64,000 bases of DNA from Candidatus Eiseniibacteriota bacterium (GTDB lineage Bacteria > Eisenbacteria > RBG-16-71-46 > CAVPCR01), in assembly GCA_963702435.1 (NCBI GenBank), contig CAVPCR010000001.1, positions 928,001 through 992,000 of the forward strand, in the 5' to 3' direction. Under the pieces are notes generated by a model. The model was given only the letters and a program-made list of their open reading frames with translations, was not told the origin of the DNA and did not search any database. The position numbers and the translations under genes were made by a program. Positions 45,301 to 54,055 of this stretch are shown piece after piece (within the stretch, counting starts at the first letter, position 1; each line of letters starts with the position of its first letter).

Positions 45301-45835
45301 TGCGCGACCCGACCCGGGCCCCGGCGAGGTCGGCCGCGAGCTCCCCGCTCTCGGCGAGGAGACGCAGGCGACGGAAGGTCTCGCGCACGAGCTCGTCGTT
45401 CTCCTCGGCGAGGGCGTAGGCCGGGCTCAGCTTCGCCTCGATCGGGCGCAGGCGCAGCAGCCGATCGGCGAAGCTGTGGATGGTCGAGATGGCCGCGGTG
45501 TCGAGCCCGGTCAGCGCGGCGCGCAGGCGCTCGGCTCGCTCGCCGTCCGGTTCGGCGCGCAGGTCCTTCAAGATCCGCTCGCGCATGCCGAAGCGGAGCT
45601 CGCCGGCGGCGCGGCGGGTGAAGGTGATGACCGCGAGCCGGTCGATCGTCACCGCGGGATCCCCGGGGGCGCGGGGCGCGATGTAACCCGCGACGCGATC
45701 GATGATGCTCGTGGTCTTCCCGGTGCCGGCCCCGGCGATGACGAGCAGGTTCCGCGCTCGCTCGCTCCGGATGAGCACCCGCGCCTCGGCGTCGGGGAGC
45801 GGCCCGGCGGCGGCCGGGCGAGGATGCCCGCTCAT
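42314..45835 (-). CDS. addA: AddA-like UvrD helicase with C-terminal PD-(D/E)xK nuclease
   Basis: AGAGTGKT, TFTRRAA, TIHSF, VDEFQD, VGDPKQSIYRFR, NFRS, TVHQAKGLEF, YVAATRA, IDLL..DWKT..QLRLY. Confidence 0.9.
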   Translation of the reverse strand: MSGHPRPAAAGPLPDAEARVLIRSERARNLLVIAGAGTGKTTSIIDRVAGYIAPRAPGDPAVTIDRLAVITFTRRAAGELRFGMRERILKDLRAEPDGERAERLRAALTGLDTAAISTIHSFADRLLRLRPIEAKLSPAYALAEENDELVRETFRRLRLLAESGELAADLAGARVGSRTLSREELELAQETLRAVTQSGLQIEARENAFGFEVPSLASVVSGMIEQRDVRVALPPIPDAGLAVVREAVGELVALEARVRGSSVGAGHLRNMISRLRQLAEVESPVDALAVIKEALGGRRLQWERDFEQDNWSWTLYKTLRGEQDGGHGIPRDLGPRLRRPYRWLATRIVHLAPVAVVLYDRVKAERERVDYVDLLIKLRDLLRDQPDVRRYYQQRFDHIFVDEFQDTDPLQCEILFYLCEDGTSARDWSEVHLRPGRLTLVGDPKQSIYRFRRADVATYARAEAMLRDQGALVLSLVTNFRSRPELVRYFNARLAVLLNRDAPPARGRRPMLDAATGQVFYERIEPDPAIPAGPPPVHVIPYAGAGGEGLPMDEGRAAEAAAIASYLAWLLRTGGEVRDQFTKRPRRLRPGDIAILAPVTTRLNLLRAELDARGIEHSIRGGTLLLSHPVVRRYLLALRAIADRDDGVAEAALFAPPIFALDPLDLVLERIARRRDTESAADAESAVPAAEREERIARVAAAREIVRDLRARRHGRSPGATARDLIERTGLGRAVQARPNGRQTLAALYEVAFEIERRAQAEGLDFDQATRLPRDWADVPVFLPVPEPLGDDAVRIMTVHQAKGLEFPVVVLWDGYQTVDLKGGRARFWVVGRDGRSWALNLSPVTVEEPEGSAVAETEKGFDRHERARLYYVAATRARDLLVLPLPRPVYKWDYATAIMAGAAGDRASAGLVHWLAPYQPDAIPDWARPEAGAEPVVPPPMRADPEFDRVLAAGAKSFATGLARSMQPRAAPRAVTAVAHAAAAAAAVEDEIDPAAGERAAKSERSRHGQHFGIAVHRALELVLGGADLAPEDAVRVAIEETGLALRPAARRALAALHGDVEADVGRALAALDAAGLRTLDLATEVDVTAVPDDATLLRGAIDLLAVGPDVAYVIDWKTDQPVRGALATAYPAYAEQLRLYAAALRAAGWLGGPALRAGLLLTATGEIRWLD

Positions 45836-48800
45836 CGCCGCGGCTCCTGCTTGAACTCGCGGAACGCGACGAGCTCGGGGCGGGTCGCGGCGGCGAGCTT
45901 CGCCGCAGTCTCGTCGTAGGCGTCGTCCCCGCAGTAGGGCTTGAACCGGCAGAACGTGCAGTCGTCCCGCTCCGGCGTGCGGATGAAAGCCCCCGCCGCG
46001 AGGAGTGCGTGCGCGGTCGCGAGCCAGGAACGCGTGGAGAGATGGAGCCGGGTGAGATCAGCGCCCATGAATCGGCGCTCGGGATCGCGCGGCGCCTCTG
46101 CGTAGACGTAGGCGGCGGCGATCACCTGCTCGCCGGGTCTCGTGGCGGCGAGAGCCAGGCTGTAGAGGCCCACCTGCAGATCGCGTCGCGCATTGAGCAC
46201 CTCCTCGCGCAGATCGTGGGCGCGGCCGGTCTTGAGATCGCGCACCTCGAGGCCGCCTTCAGCCCGGCGATCCACCCGGTCGATGCGGCCGTTCAGGAAC
46301 AGGCTCGCCGCCGGACCGCCGACCGCCACGCCGGCCTCCTCGCCGAAGGGATACTCGGCGGCGACGAAGGTGCGCGGATCCTGCCTCCACTCGTAGGCGA
46401 CGATCTCGGCGGCCGTGCGCAGGACATGGGCCCGCTCCCGTTCGATCACGTTGCCGCCGCGCAGCGGGTACTGACCGCGGAAGCGCTCGAACTCCTGCTC
46501 GGCGATCCGCTGCATGGCACGCCGCCATTCGGTCTCGTTCCGCTCGCGGCGGCAGAACTCGGCGCCGTGTGCGCGGAAGAATGCCTCGGCGATCGCGTGC
46601 AAGAGGCTCCCGAAGGAGAGGCTGTCGATCGCATCGGTCGGCGGGCGCTCGGGCGGCTCCGGGCGCTGGAGCAACCGCATCTGGAGGAACCGGTGCGGGC
46701 AGCCGAGAAGCATGCCGAGCGCGCTCGGCGAGATGGGACGCTCGGCCGTGAGCCCGGGCAGCGCGGCCGGAGGGAGGAGCGGTCCGATCCAGCCGTCGGC
46801 AAGCCCGACCCGCCCGGCGGACGCGCGCTCGGACTCGAGGGCGAGGAGGCGGCCGAGATGCACGGGCGATTCAGGCGCTCCCAGCCAGGAGGAGGGAACG
46901 GCGCGGCGCGCCTGCACGGCGAAGAGCGTGTGCGCGGGAAGCACCGCCGCGGCCTCGGCGCCCGCCGGCGCGGGACCGGCGGCATCGCTCGCTCCGCCCA
47001 CCGCGAGCCGCACGCGGAGATCGGCCAGTGTCGGCACCTCGCCGCGCGGGTCGAGCGCCATCTCGACCTCGAGCATGAGGCCCGAGACCTCGCGCTCGCT
47101 CTTGTCGAACCACTGCCGCGGCGCGCTCAGCGACAGCGAGCGCTGGGTCGCCCGCACGATCTGCGCGAACGCGCGGCGATCGGCGAGCGCGCGATCGTCA
47201 CCGCGGGGAACGCGCACATCGGCGGCGAACTCCCGCGCCCGGCGCTCGACCTCGGCGCGGAGGTCATCCGGGAGGATCGCGTCCTTCTCCGGGGACCCGG
47301 GTACGACGCCCTCGGCCAGACCGAGGATGCGGACCGCGGCAAAGGGCAATCCGGCCAGCGCGGCCGCCGTGCCGACGGCGATCGCCGGTTCGCCGCGCCC
47401 GCCGGCGGCAAGCGACAGGGACCGGAGGCGGGCGGACAGGAAGCGGAGCGCAGGCGCGCCGGCGAGCGCGAGCGCGGCAGGATGCTCGAGGATCGGGGCC
47501 AGGCGCTCGTCGAGAAGAGCCGGCAGGTTCGGGGGATCCGGCGGCAGTCGGAGCCACCGGGCGATGAACTCGCGGAGCGCAGCCCACAGCGCGGGGAGCG
47601 GCGCCTTGCTGCGGACGCGAGCTTGCAGGGCCTCGAGCGCGACCACCGCGGGCAGCAGATGATCGATGCGGGCCATGGTGCGCCCGGTCGCAAGGCCCGC
47701 ATGCCGGGCGAGACGACCGCCGGCGCCGTCCGGCTCCGCGGCGTTCTCGCGCTCGAGCGCAACTTTTCGCGCGCGGAGACCCTGCTGCCACTCATCGCCG
47801 TTCGCCTCGGGGCCGCCGACGATGCCTGCGCTATAGACGAGCGCCGCCACCTCCGAGGGGGAAGGAGCCGGCACGACCGCGGCCGGGGCGTCCGCGGCCG
47901 GGGCGCTTGCGGCCGGGGCGTCCGCCGCGGGGGCGCTTGCGGCCGGATCGCCAAGCCATGGCAGGATCGGAAGCGTGGCCGTCGCCTCGAGCCCCGAATC
48001 GAGCGCGACCAGTAGCGCCCGCAACCTGAGTCCCGCCGGAGAGATGTCGGCCGCGATGCCCTCGGACACGCGCACCGCGACGGGCAGCGAGCCGGCAGGC
48101 TCGAGTCGCGCCAGCCGATCGGAAACGAGCGGAGCATAGGCGGCCACATCCGGAACCACGATCGCGATGGCGCCGGCCGGCGTGCCGCGCGCGATCTCGC
48201 CGATCGCCCAGGCCGCGGCCGCGTCCACCTCATCGGCGACGCTCGCGAACATCGCGCGCTCGACGCCACCCTCGCCCTCCCACGCCGCGCTCGCCTCCCC
48301 GGGCGGCGACTCGGCGAACAGCCGCGCCTTGAGCCGGGCGAGATCCCCGATCCGGCCGGAAGGGTCGTTCACCGGCGGGATCGGGGCCGGACGCCATTCG
48401 ATATCGCCCGCCCAGCAATTCCGATCGGGTCGCTCCGCCGGGCACGCCGCGAGAGTCACGAGATGCATGGGGCCGAGCGCGACGAGAAAGCGCATGAGCG
48501 CGGTCGGCGGTGCCTGCGGGAGGATGGCCGCGATCGGCGCCATTGGCTTCGCGAGCTCGGGGCGGCGATCGATCGCCGCCCGCGCGGCGCGAAAGAGCTC
48601 CGGCAACGGCACGCGATCACCCGGCGTCGCCTTCTTGATCTCCGACCACACGACGGCCACATCGGCCAGTCGGCGCGCATCGAGGTCATTCTCCTCGCGG
48701 ATCGCATCGGCAACGCGCTCGAGATCCGCCGCGGTGAGCCCCGCCGCCTCCAGATCGGCGATGGCGCGGGCGAAGGCGTCGACATAGCCGGGACCCGAGC

Positions 48801-49218
48801 GCAGCTCGGCGGCCACGAAGTAGGCGAGGCGATCGGCGAGCACGCCGCGATCGAACAGGTCGTGCAGAACGAGCCAGCGGATCGGCCCGAGGCCGCCGGC
48901 GAGCGGGCGGCCGGCGCGAGCCAGGAGATCGGCCGCGAGCTCCTGCGGGCGGAGGAAGCGCACGCCCTGGAGGAGACCCGGCGCGCCGAGATCCACCGCC
49001 ACGTGCACGCGGAGCGCGTGCGCGAGGTCCTCGTTCGGGACGAGCACCGTGCCGCGGCGCGTCGGCGTTGCGGGGAGCGCGGTCAGCCGCGCGGCGAGCC
49101 AGGCATGAAGCGCGGTGGCGTCGGGCACGGTCTCGATCACGACCGCCGCCGGTCCCGGGGAGGGCGCGGCGAGGCCGAGCTCGAACTGGTCGCGCGTTTC
49201 CCGTCTCGTCCTCCGCAT
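45832..49218 (-). CDS. addB: AddB-like nuclease subunit with Fe-S staple
   Basis: SPSAL..CPHRF, GRIDRVD, DLKTG, LQVGLY, CTFCRFKPYC; stop overlaps the addA start. Confidence 0.85.
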   Translation of the reverse strand: MRRTRRETRDQFELGLAAPSPGPAAVVIETVPDATALHAWLAARLTALPATPTRRGTVLVPNEDLAHALRVHVAVDLGAPGLLQGVRFLRPQELAADLLARAGRPLAGGLGPIRWLVLHDLFDRGVLADRLAYFVAAELRSGPGYVDAFARAIADLEAAGLTAADLERVADAIREENDLDARRLADVAVVWSEIKKATPGDRVPLPELFRAARAAIDRRPELAKPMAPIAAILPQAPPTALMRFLVALGPMHLVTLAACPAERPDRNCWAGDIEWRPAPIPPVNDPSGRIGDLARLKARLFAESPPGEASAAWEGEGGVERAMFASVADEVDAAAAWAIGEIARGTPAGAIAIVVPDVAAYAPLVSDRLARLEPAGSLPVAVRVSEGIAADISPAGLRLRALLVALDSGLEATATLPILPWLGDPAASAPAADAPAASAPAADAPAAVVPAPSPSEVAALVYSAGIVGGPEANGDEWQQGLRARKVALERENAAEPDGAGGRLARHAGLATGRTMARIDHLLPAVVALEALQARVRSKAPLPALWAALREFIARWLRLPPDPPNLPALLDERLAPILEHPAALALAGAPALRFLSARLRSLSLAAGGRGEPAIAVGTAAALAGLPFAAVRILGLAEGVVPGSPEKDAILPDDLRAEVERRAREFAADVRVPRGDDRALADRRAFAQIVRATQRSLSLSAPRQWFDKSEREVSGLMLEVEMALDPRGEVPTLADLRVRLAVGGASDAAGPAPAGAEAAAVLPAHTLFAVQARRAVPSSWLGAPESPVHLGRLLALESERASAGRVGLADGWIGPLLPPAALPGLTAERPISPSALGMLLGCPHRFLQMRLLQRPEPPERPPTDAIDSLSFGSLLHAIAEAFFRAHGAEFCRRERNETEWRRAMQRIAEQEFERFRGQYPLRGGNVIERERAHVLRTAAEIVAYEWRQDPRTFVAAEYPFGEEAGVAVGGPAASLFLNGRIDRVDRRAEGGLEVRDLKTGRAHDLREEVLNARRDLQVGLYSLALAATRPGEQVIAAAYVYAEAPRDPERRFMGADLTRLHLSTRSWLATAHALLAAGAFIRTPERDDCTFCRFKPYCGDDAYDETAAKLAAATRPELVAFREFKQEPRR

Positions 49219-49229
49219 CGCGGGCGAGT

Positions 49230-51062
49230 CTAGCACGCGCGCCCGCCGCGGCCGGCGGTGCGCACGACGGCGACGAGGACCAGGGCGCCGGCGGCGAGGG
49301 CGAAGGCCGGCGGCACGCCGAGCGCGGCGGGCACGAAACCGAGAAGGAGCGCCGCGGCAAAGGCGAGGAGCCCGTAGGGGAGCTGCGTGCGCACGTGATC
49401 GAGATGATCCGCGGCGCTCGCCGCGCTCGCCGCGAGCGCGCTCGGAGCGAGCGGCGAGAGGTGCGTGCCGGCGGCGACCCCCTGGAGCGCCGCGGCGGCC
49501 GCCAGGGCCCCGCCCGCTGTCGCGAACGGAAGCACGATCGCGAGCGCGCCGAAGGCGCTGCCGAGGGCGAAGGCGATTGCCGCCGCGACGAGGAAGAGGA
49601 GCGGCGCGAGGAGGGCGCCCGCGCCGGCGAGCGGCAGCATGGCGAGGAGCACATCGGCCGCGCCGAGATCGCGCGCGGTGGTCCCCACGATCCCGGCGAG
49701 GACGAACGCGGCAAGCGCGGGGAGCGCGCCGCCGACTCCGCGGAGACTCGCGACGACGATCGCACGGAGGCCGAGGAGCGCCTGGACGAGCGCGAGGAGC
49801 ACGGCCGCGACCCAGGCCGCGGTCGCTCCGAGGAGGAGCGTGCGACCGCCGCCCGCCACCACCACCAGGACGAGCACCGCCAGCGGGAGCAGGGCGTTCA
49901 GCGCGCGCCACGGCGCCGCGAGCCACGGCGCCGCGAGCCACGGCGCCGCGTCGCGCGGATCCGCCGCGCGATCCACCGCCGCCGCCGGATCCGCGAGCGG
50001 CTGCACGAGCGGCAGGGCGCCCCCACGCAGCAGCCCCTCCCCGCCGGACACGCGCCGCGCCGCGTCCCGCATGGGTCCGAGCTCGCGCCCGAGGACGATG
50101 GTCGCGGCGAGCACGACGAGCGCGAACCAGGAGTAGAAGCAGGCGGTGAACGCGGCGCCGGTCGCCCCCGCCAGCGCGAGCGCCGCGACCGGGGCTGCGG
50201 TCGCGTCGGCGATGTACGCGAGCTTCTCGCGCGCCACGCGACAGCGATCGGCGAGCGGGCGCATGGCGAGCCCGGTCGCGAGCGCGCTCGTCACCGCATC
50301 GAGGAACAGCGCACCGCCGAGCAGCGCCGCGGCCAGCTGCGCGCTCCGCGCGCCGCGCGCGCGACGGGCGAGCGCGGCACCGAGCGCTGCCCAGCCGCCG
50401 GAGCGGGCGACCACGCCCGCCATCGCCGCCGCCATCGCCATGGCGAGCAGGAGATCGCGGCCGCCTGCGCCTCTTCCATCGGCCCCGCCGAAAACTGCGC
50501 TCACGAGCGATATTCCACTCAAGAGGAGACCGGCTGCCGCCCCGGCGCCAAGGGCGAGGAGGAGCCGCCCGCCGGCGAGCGCGAGCCCGATCGCCACGAG
50601 CGGCGGGAGGAGCGCGCTCCGGCGCGCATGCGGCGCCGCGAGCACGCTCCGCGCCGCACCGGCGCCGGACGCGCGCCAGATGGCGATGCTCCGCGTCGAG
50701 TCGTCCCCGGCATGGAAGACGATCGAGAGCGGGGGCGGAACCCCCGGCGTCTCGATCCAGGTGACGGCCTTCCCGTGGCGCGACTCGAAGGCAGCCAGCC
50801 GCCCGTCGATCGCCGCGCGCAGGTGGGGCGAGTCCGTCATCGTCTCCGGGCGCAGGACGACGGACCCCGCGAGGAGGATGACCGGCAGCGACTCGAGCGC
50901 CGCATAGCCCGGCTGCGCCGTTGCCCACTCGAGCTGCCGGTCGAGAAGCGGCGCCACGGCGCGCGCGGAGAGCACGCGCTCGTCGAGCGGCAGGAGCGCT
51001 CCCGCCGCCCCGAGGACGGCGAGCACGAGAAGACCGATCACGATCCGGCGACGGCGCGACAC
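49230..51062 (-). CDS. NhaC-family Na+/H+ antiporter-like membrane protein (divergent)
   Basis: ALLPPLVAIGLA, MRPLADRCRVAREKLAYIADATAAP, AFALGSAFG, GTHLSPL, DHVRTQLPY. Confidence 0.8.
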   Translation of the reverse strand: MSRRRRIVIGLLVLAVLGAAGALLPLDERVLSARAVAPLLDRQLEWATAQPGYAALESLPVILLAGSVVLRPETMTDSPHLRAAIDGRLAAFESRHGKAVTWIETPGVPPPLSIVFHAGDDSTRSIAIWRASGAGAARSVLAAPHARRSALLPPLVAIGLALAGGRLLLALGAGAAAGLLLSGISLVSAVFGGADGRGAGGRDLLLAMAMAAAMAGVVARSGGWAALGAALARRARGARSAQLAAALLGGALFLDAVTSALATGLAMRPLADRCRVAREKLAYIADATAAPVAALALAGATGAAFTACFYSWFALVVLAATIVLGRELGPMRDAARRVSGGEGLLRGGALPLVQPLADPAAAVDRAADPRDAAPWLAAPWLAAPWRALNALLPLAVLVLVVVAGGGRTLLLGATAAWVAAVLLALVQALLGLRAIVVASLRGVGGALPALAAFVLAGIVGTTARDLGAADVLLAMLPLAGAGALLAPLLFLVAAAIAFALGSAFGALAIVLPFATAGGALAAAAALQGVAAGTHLSPLAPSALAASAASAADHLDHVRTQLPYGLLAFAAALLLGFVPAALGVPPAFALAAGALVLVAVVRTAGRGGRAC

Positions 51063-51289
51063 GAGATCCCTCCGGAGTGGGCCGGCAGTCTAGCACTCAG
51101 CGCGGGCCGGACCCGGCGGGACCGGGCTTTCCCCTTGCGTCTCTCATGGGAAAGTGCACAATTCTGGGCATGCGGAGCGTTCCGGGCAACCCGGGTACCC
51201 GGTGCGCAATGCTCCTCCGCGCTCGGCCTCGGCGAGGCCGCGCGCGGGCGAGCACCAACCAGGGGTGAGGTTTCGGAGGAGGAGACAGG

Positions 51290-52519
51290 TTGCCCACGCT
51301 CCGAGCACTCGCCGCGATCGGCGTCACGCTGGCGATCGCGATCGGGCTCACGCTGACGACGCCAGGCCTATCCCGCGGGGAAGAGCCACCCGCCATCGCC
51401 TTCAGCCCTCCCAACTCGCTCACCGCCGCCGACGAGCCCGACGACAACGGCCACGCGATCCGCCTCCGCTTCAGTCCCTCCCCCGACGACGCGCAGATCC
51501 TCGCCTACGAAGTGTGGATGGCACAGGCCGCCGCTGCCCCCGACAGCGAATGGACGGAGGTCGGCAGCGTGCCGCGCGGGACCACGACCTATACCCACAA
51601 GGCGGAGGAGGCGTCGCTCGAGGGCCGGCCCAACCCGAGTTACGTGCCGGTCGGCGAGCCCCGCCACTTCCGGGTCCGCGGGCGGGCGGCCGACGGGCGG
51701 GTGTCGGCCTGGAGCAGTGCGGCGACCGGCACGGCCGCCGGCAACTGGTTCCACAAGGGCAAGCTCAACATCCTCCTCGCCGTCGTCCTGTTCGCGATCG
51801 CGACGGTCGGCTACATCAACTCGGGCAAGAGCGGCAAGAAGCTCTTCATCCGCCCGATTCCGGGCATCTCGGCGGTGGACGAGGCCATCGGCCGCGCGAC
51901 CGAGATGGGCCGTCCGATCCTCTTCGTGCTCGGCACCGGCACCGCCGGCGACATCGCGACCATCGCCGGCTACACGATCCTCGCCCGCGTCGCGCGCCGC
52001 ACCGCCGAGTACCAGACGCCGATCCTGGTCCCGGTCAACGATCCGGTCATGATGGCGATGGCGCAGGAGACCGTGCGCGAGGCATACCTCCAGGCCGGCC
52101 GCCCCGACCTCTACCGCCCGGAGAACATCTTCTACATCTCGGCCATGCAGTTCCCGTACGTGGCGGCGGTGAACGGGCTCATGCTTCGCGAGCGGACTGC
52201 GACCAACTTCTACATGGGCGTCTTCCACGCCGAGAGCCTGCTTCTCGCCGAGGCCGGCAGCATCACCGGCTCGATCCAGATCTCGGGCACCGATCAGGTG
52301 TCGCAGATCCCGTTCTTCGTCGCCGCCACCGACTACACTCTGATCGGCGAGGAGCTCTACGCCGCGTCCGCCTATCTGTCGCAGGATCCCGTGCTCCTCG
52401 GGCCGCTCAAGGCGCAGGACCTGGCCAAGATCGTGATCCTCGCCCTCCTCGTGCTCGGGGTGGCCACCTACACGTTCCTCGGGTCCAACTGGTTCGCGCG
52501 TCTCATCCACGCGGTATGA
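51290..52519 (+). CDS. membrane protein: exported FN3-like domain + DUF6754-like domain (system subunit A)
   Basis: Strong RBS; signal peptide; FN3-like DEPDDNG..W..V; TM; IRPIPGISAVDEAIGRATEMGRP, ESLLLAEAG, DYTLIGEELYAASAYLS. Confidence 0.8.
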   Translation: MPTLRALAAIGVTLAIAIGLTLTTPGLSRGEEPPAIAFSPPNSLTAADEPDDNGHAIRLRFSPSPDDAQILAYEVWMAQAAAAPDSEWTEVGSVPRGTTTYTHKAEEASLEGRPNPSYVPVGEPRHFRVRGRAADGRVSAWSSAATGTAAGNWFHKGKLNILLAVVLFAIATVGYINSGKSGKKLFIRPIPGISAVDEAIGRATEMGRPILFVLGTGTAGDIATIAGYTILARVARRTAEYQTPILVPVNDPVMMAMAQETVREAYLQAGRPDLYRPENIFYISAMQFPYVAAVNGLMLRERTATNFYMGVFHAESLLLAEAGSITGSIQISGTDQVSQIPFFVAATDYTLIGEELYAASAYLSQDPVLLGPLKAQDLAKIVILALLVLGVATYTFLGSNWFARLIHAV

Positions 52520-52544
52520 GCTCGCCGGCGCGCAAGGTGACAGG

Positions 52545-53168
52545 ATGAAGAAACAGCTCCCGCTCCTCCTCGTCCTCATCTCCGGACTCGTCATGGTGAT
52601 CCAGTACTTCGTACCGCACCCGGTCTCGGAGTTCGTGTTCACCTATGCCAACGACTTCGTGATCGTGATCGGGATCCTGGCCCTGCCGATCGGCATCTTC
52701 TCCCTGCTCCGGAACACGTGGGCCAAGGGCAGGCACGACCGGAAGGAGCGCATCTACTCGATGGCCACCTTCTTCGGCTTCGCCCTCATGGTCATCGCCG
52801 GGGCCCGGCGCGAGAGCCTCGAGTCGGGGACCCTCTACATGCAGCTCTTCCAGTACATCCTGGTCCCCGCCCAGGCCACGCTCTTCTCGATGCTCGCCTT
52901 CTACATCGCAAGCGCCGCCTACCGCGCCTTCCGCGTGCGCACGGTGCTCGCGGCGATCCTGCTCGTCACCGCCTTCGTGGTCATGCTCCGGCTCATCCCG
53001 CTGCCGGAACCGCTCTCGACGTGGAACGCGGAACTCGTGCGCTGGATCCTCGCCGTGCCCAACATGGCGGCCAAGCGCGCCATCATCATCGGAGTGGCGC
53101 TCGGCGCGATCAGCTACAGCATGAAGATCCTGCTCGGCATCGAGAGCTCGTACATGGGCCGCGACTAG
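52545..53168 (+). CDS. uncharacterised ~6-TM protein (system subunit B)
   Basis: Hydrophobic; ATLFSMLAFYIASAAYRAFR, WILAVPNMAAKRAIIIG. Confidence 0.85.
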   Translation: MKKQLPLLLVLISGLVMVIQYFVPHPVSEFVFTYANDFVIVIGILALPIGIFSLLRNTWAKGRHDRKERIYSMATFFGFALMVIAGARRESLESGTLYMQLFQYILVPAQATLFSMLAFYIASAAYRAFRVRTVLAAILLVTAFVVMLRLIPLPEPLSTWNAELVRWILAVPNMAAKRAIIIGVALGAISYSMKILLGIESSYMGRD

Positions 53169-53181
53169 GCGCGGGGAGGAG

Positions 53182-54051
53182 ATGGCGACCATGGAAACGC
53201 GACCCGTAGCCACCCGCTGGTACGACCGGCTCCTGTCGGTCGACCGCCGCTGGATCTACCTGATCCTGGCGGTCGCGGTGCTCCTCCCGACCGTCATCCC
53301 GTTCAGCGTCCCGACCGGCATCTCGAACGAGGTACGGAGCGTCTACAACTTCATCGAGGAGCTCCAGCCGGGGGACAACCTCTTCCTCGCGATCGATTAC
53401 GACCCCTCGACGCTTGCCGAGCTCCACCCGATGACCGAGGCCATCCTTCGCCAGGCCTTCCAGCGCGATGCGCGGGTCGTGGTCACGGCGCTCTCCCAGT
53501 TCGGGCCGGCGATGGCCGAAGAGCTGATCGCGCGCGTGGCCCAGGAGGAAGGGAAGCAGCGGAACATCGACTACACCTTCCTCGGCTACAAGCCCTACCC
53601 CGGCATCACCATCCTGGCCATGGGATCCGACTTCCGCGTGCCGTTTCCGACCGACTACTACGGCACGCCGGTCGACTCGATTCCCATGATGCAGGACATC
53701 CACAACTATAGAAATGTGAAGGCGGTGATCTCTTTTGCCGGCGGCAGCGTGGCCGAGATGTGGATCCAGTACGGGAACGCGAAGTACGGGGTCCCCCTCG
53801 CGCTCGGGGTCACCGGCGTCATGGCCTCCGACTACTATCCGTACCTCCAGTCGCGGCAGATCTTCGGGCTCATCCCGGGGATGAAGGGCGCGGCCGAGTA
53901 CGAGATGCTCGTCGGTCGGCGCGGGCAGGGGTCGCGCGGCATGCCGTACCAGATGTCTACCCACCTCGTGATCCTGGTGTTCATGGTGATCACGAACATC
54001 GCATACGTGGCGCAGCGGCGGGCCCGCAAGCGGGCTGCGGGGGCGAGGTAG
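53182..54051 (+). CDS. uncharacterised 2-TM protein with ~220-aa alpha/beta domain (system subunit C)
   Basis: DRRWIY TM; DYDPS..ELHPM, DYTFLGY, YPY.QS.Q, GMKGAAEYE; C-terminal TM and basic tail. Confidence 0.85.
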   Translation: MATMETRPVATRWYDRLLSVDRRWIYLILAVAVLLPTVIPFSVPTGISNEVRSVYNFIEELQPGDNLFLAIDYDPSTLAELHPMTEAILRQAFQRDARVVVTALSQFGPAMAEELIARVAQEEGKQRNIDYTFLGYKPYPGITILAMGSDFRVPFPTDYYGTPVDSIPMMQDIHNYRNVKAVISFAGGSVAEMWIQYGNAKYGVPLALGVTGVMASDYYPYLQSRQIFGLIPGMKGAAEYEMLVGRRGQGSRGMPYQMSTHLVILVFMVITNIAYVAQRRARKRAAGAR

Positions 54052-54055
54052 AACG

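Noticed and set aside
45832..46800. Cas4 or defence nuclease
   Set aside because: It is the Fe-S nuclease domain of AddB, coupled to AddA (DNA repair)
45832..51096. 1754-aa AddB with a long N-terminal extension
   Set aside because: The first ~625 aa are an Arg-rich alternative frame over the NhaC-like gene; the real start is 49218
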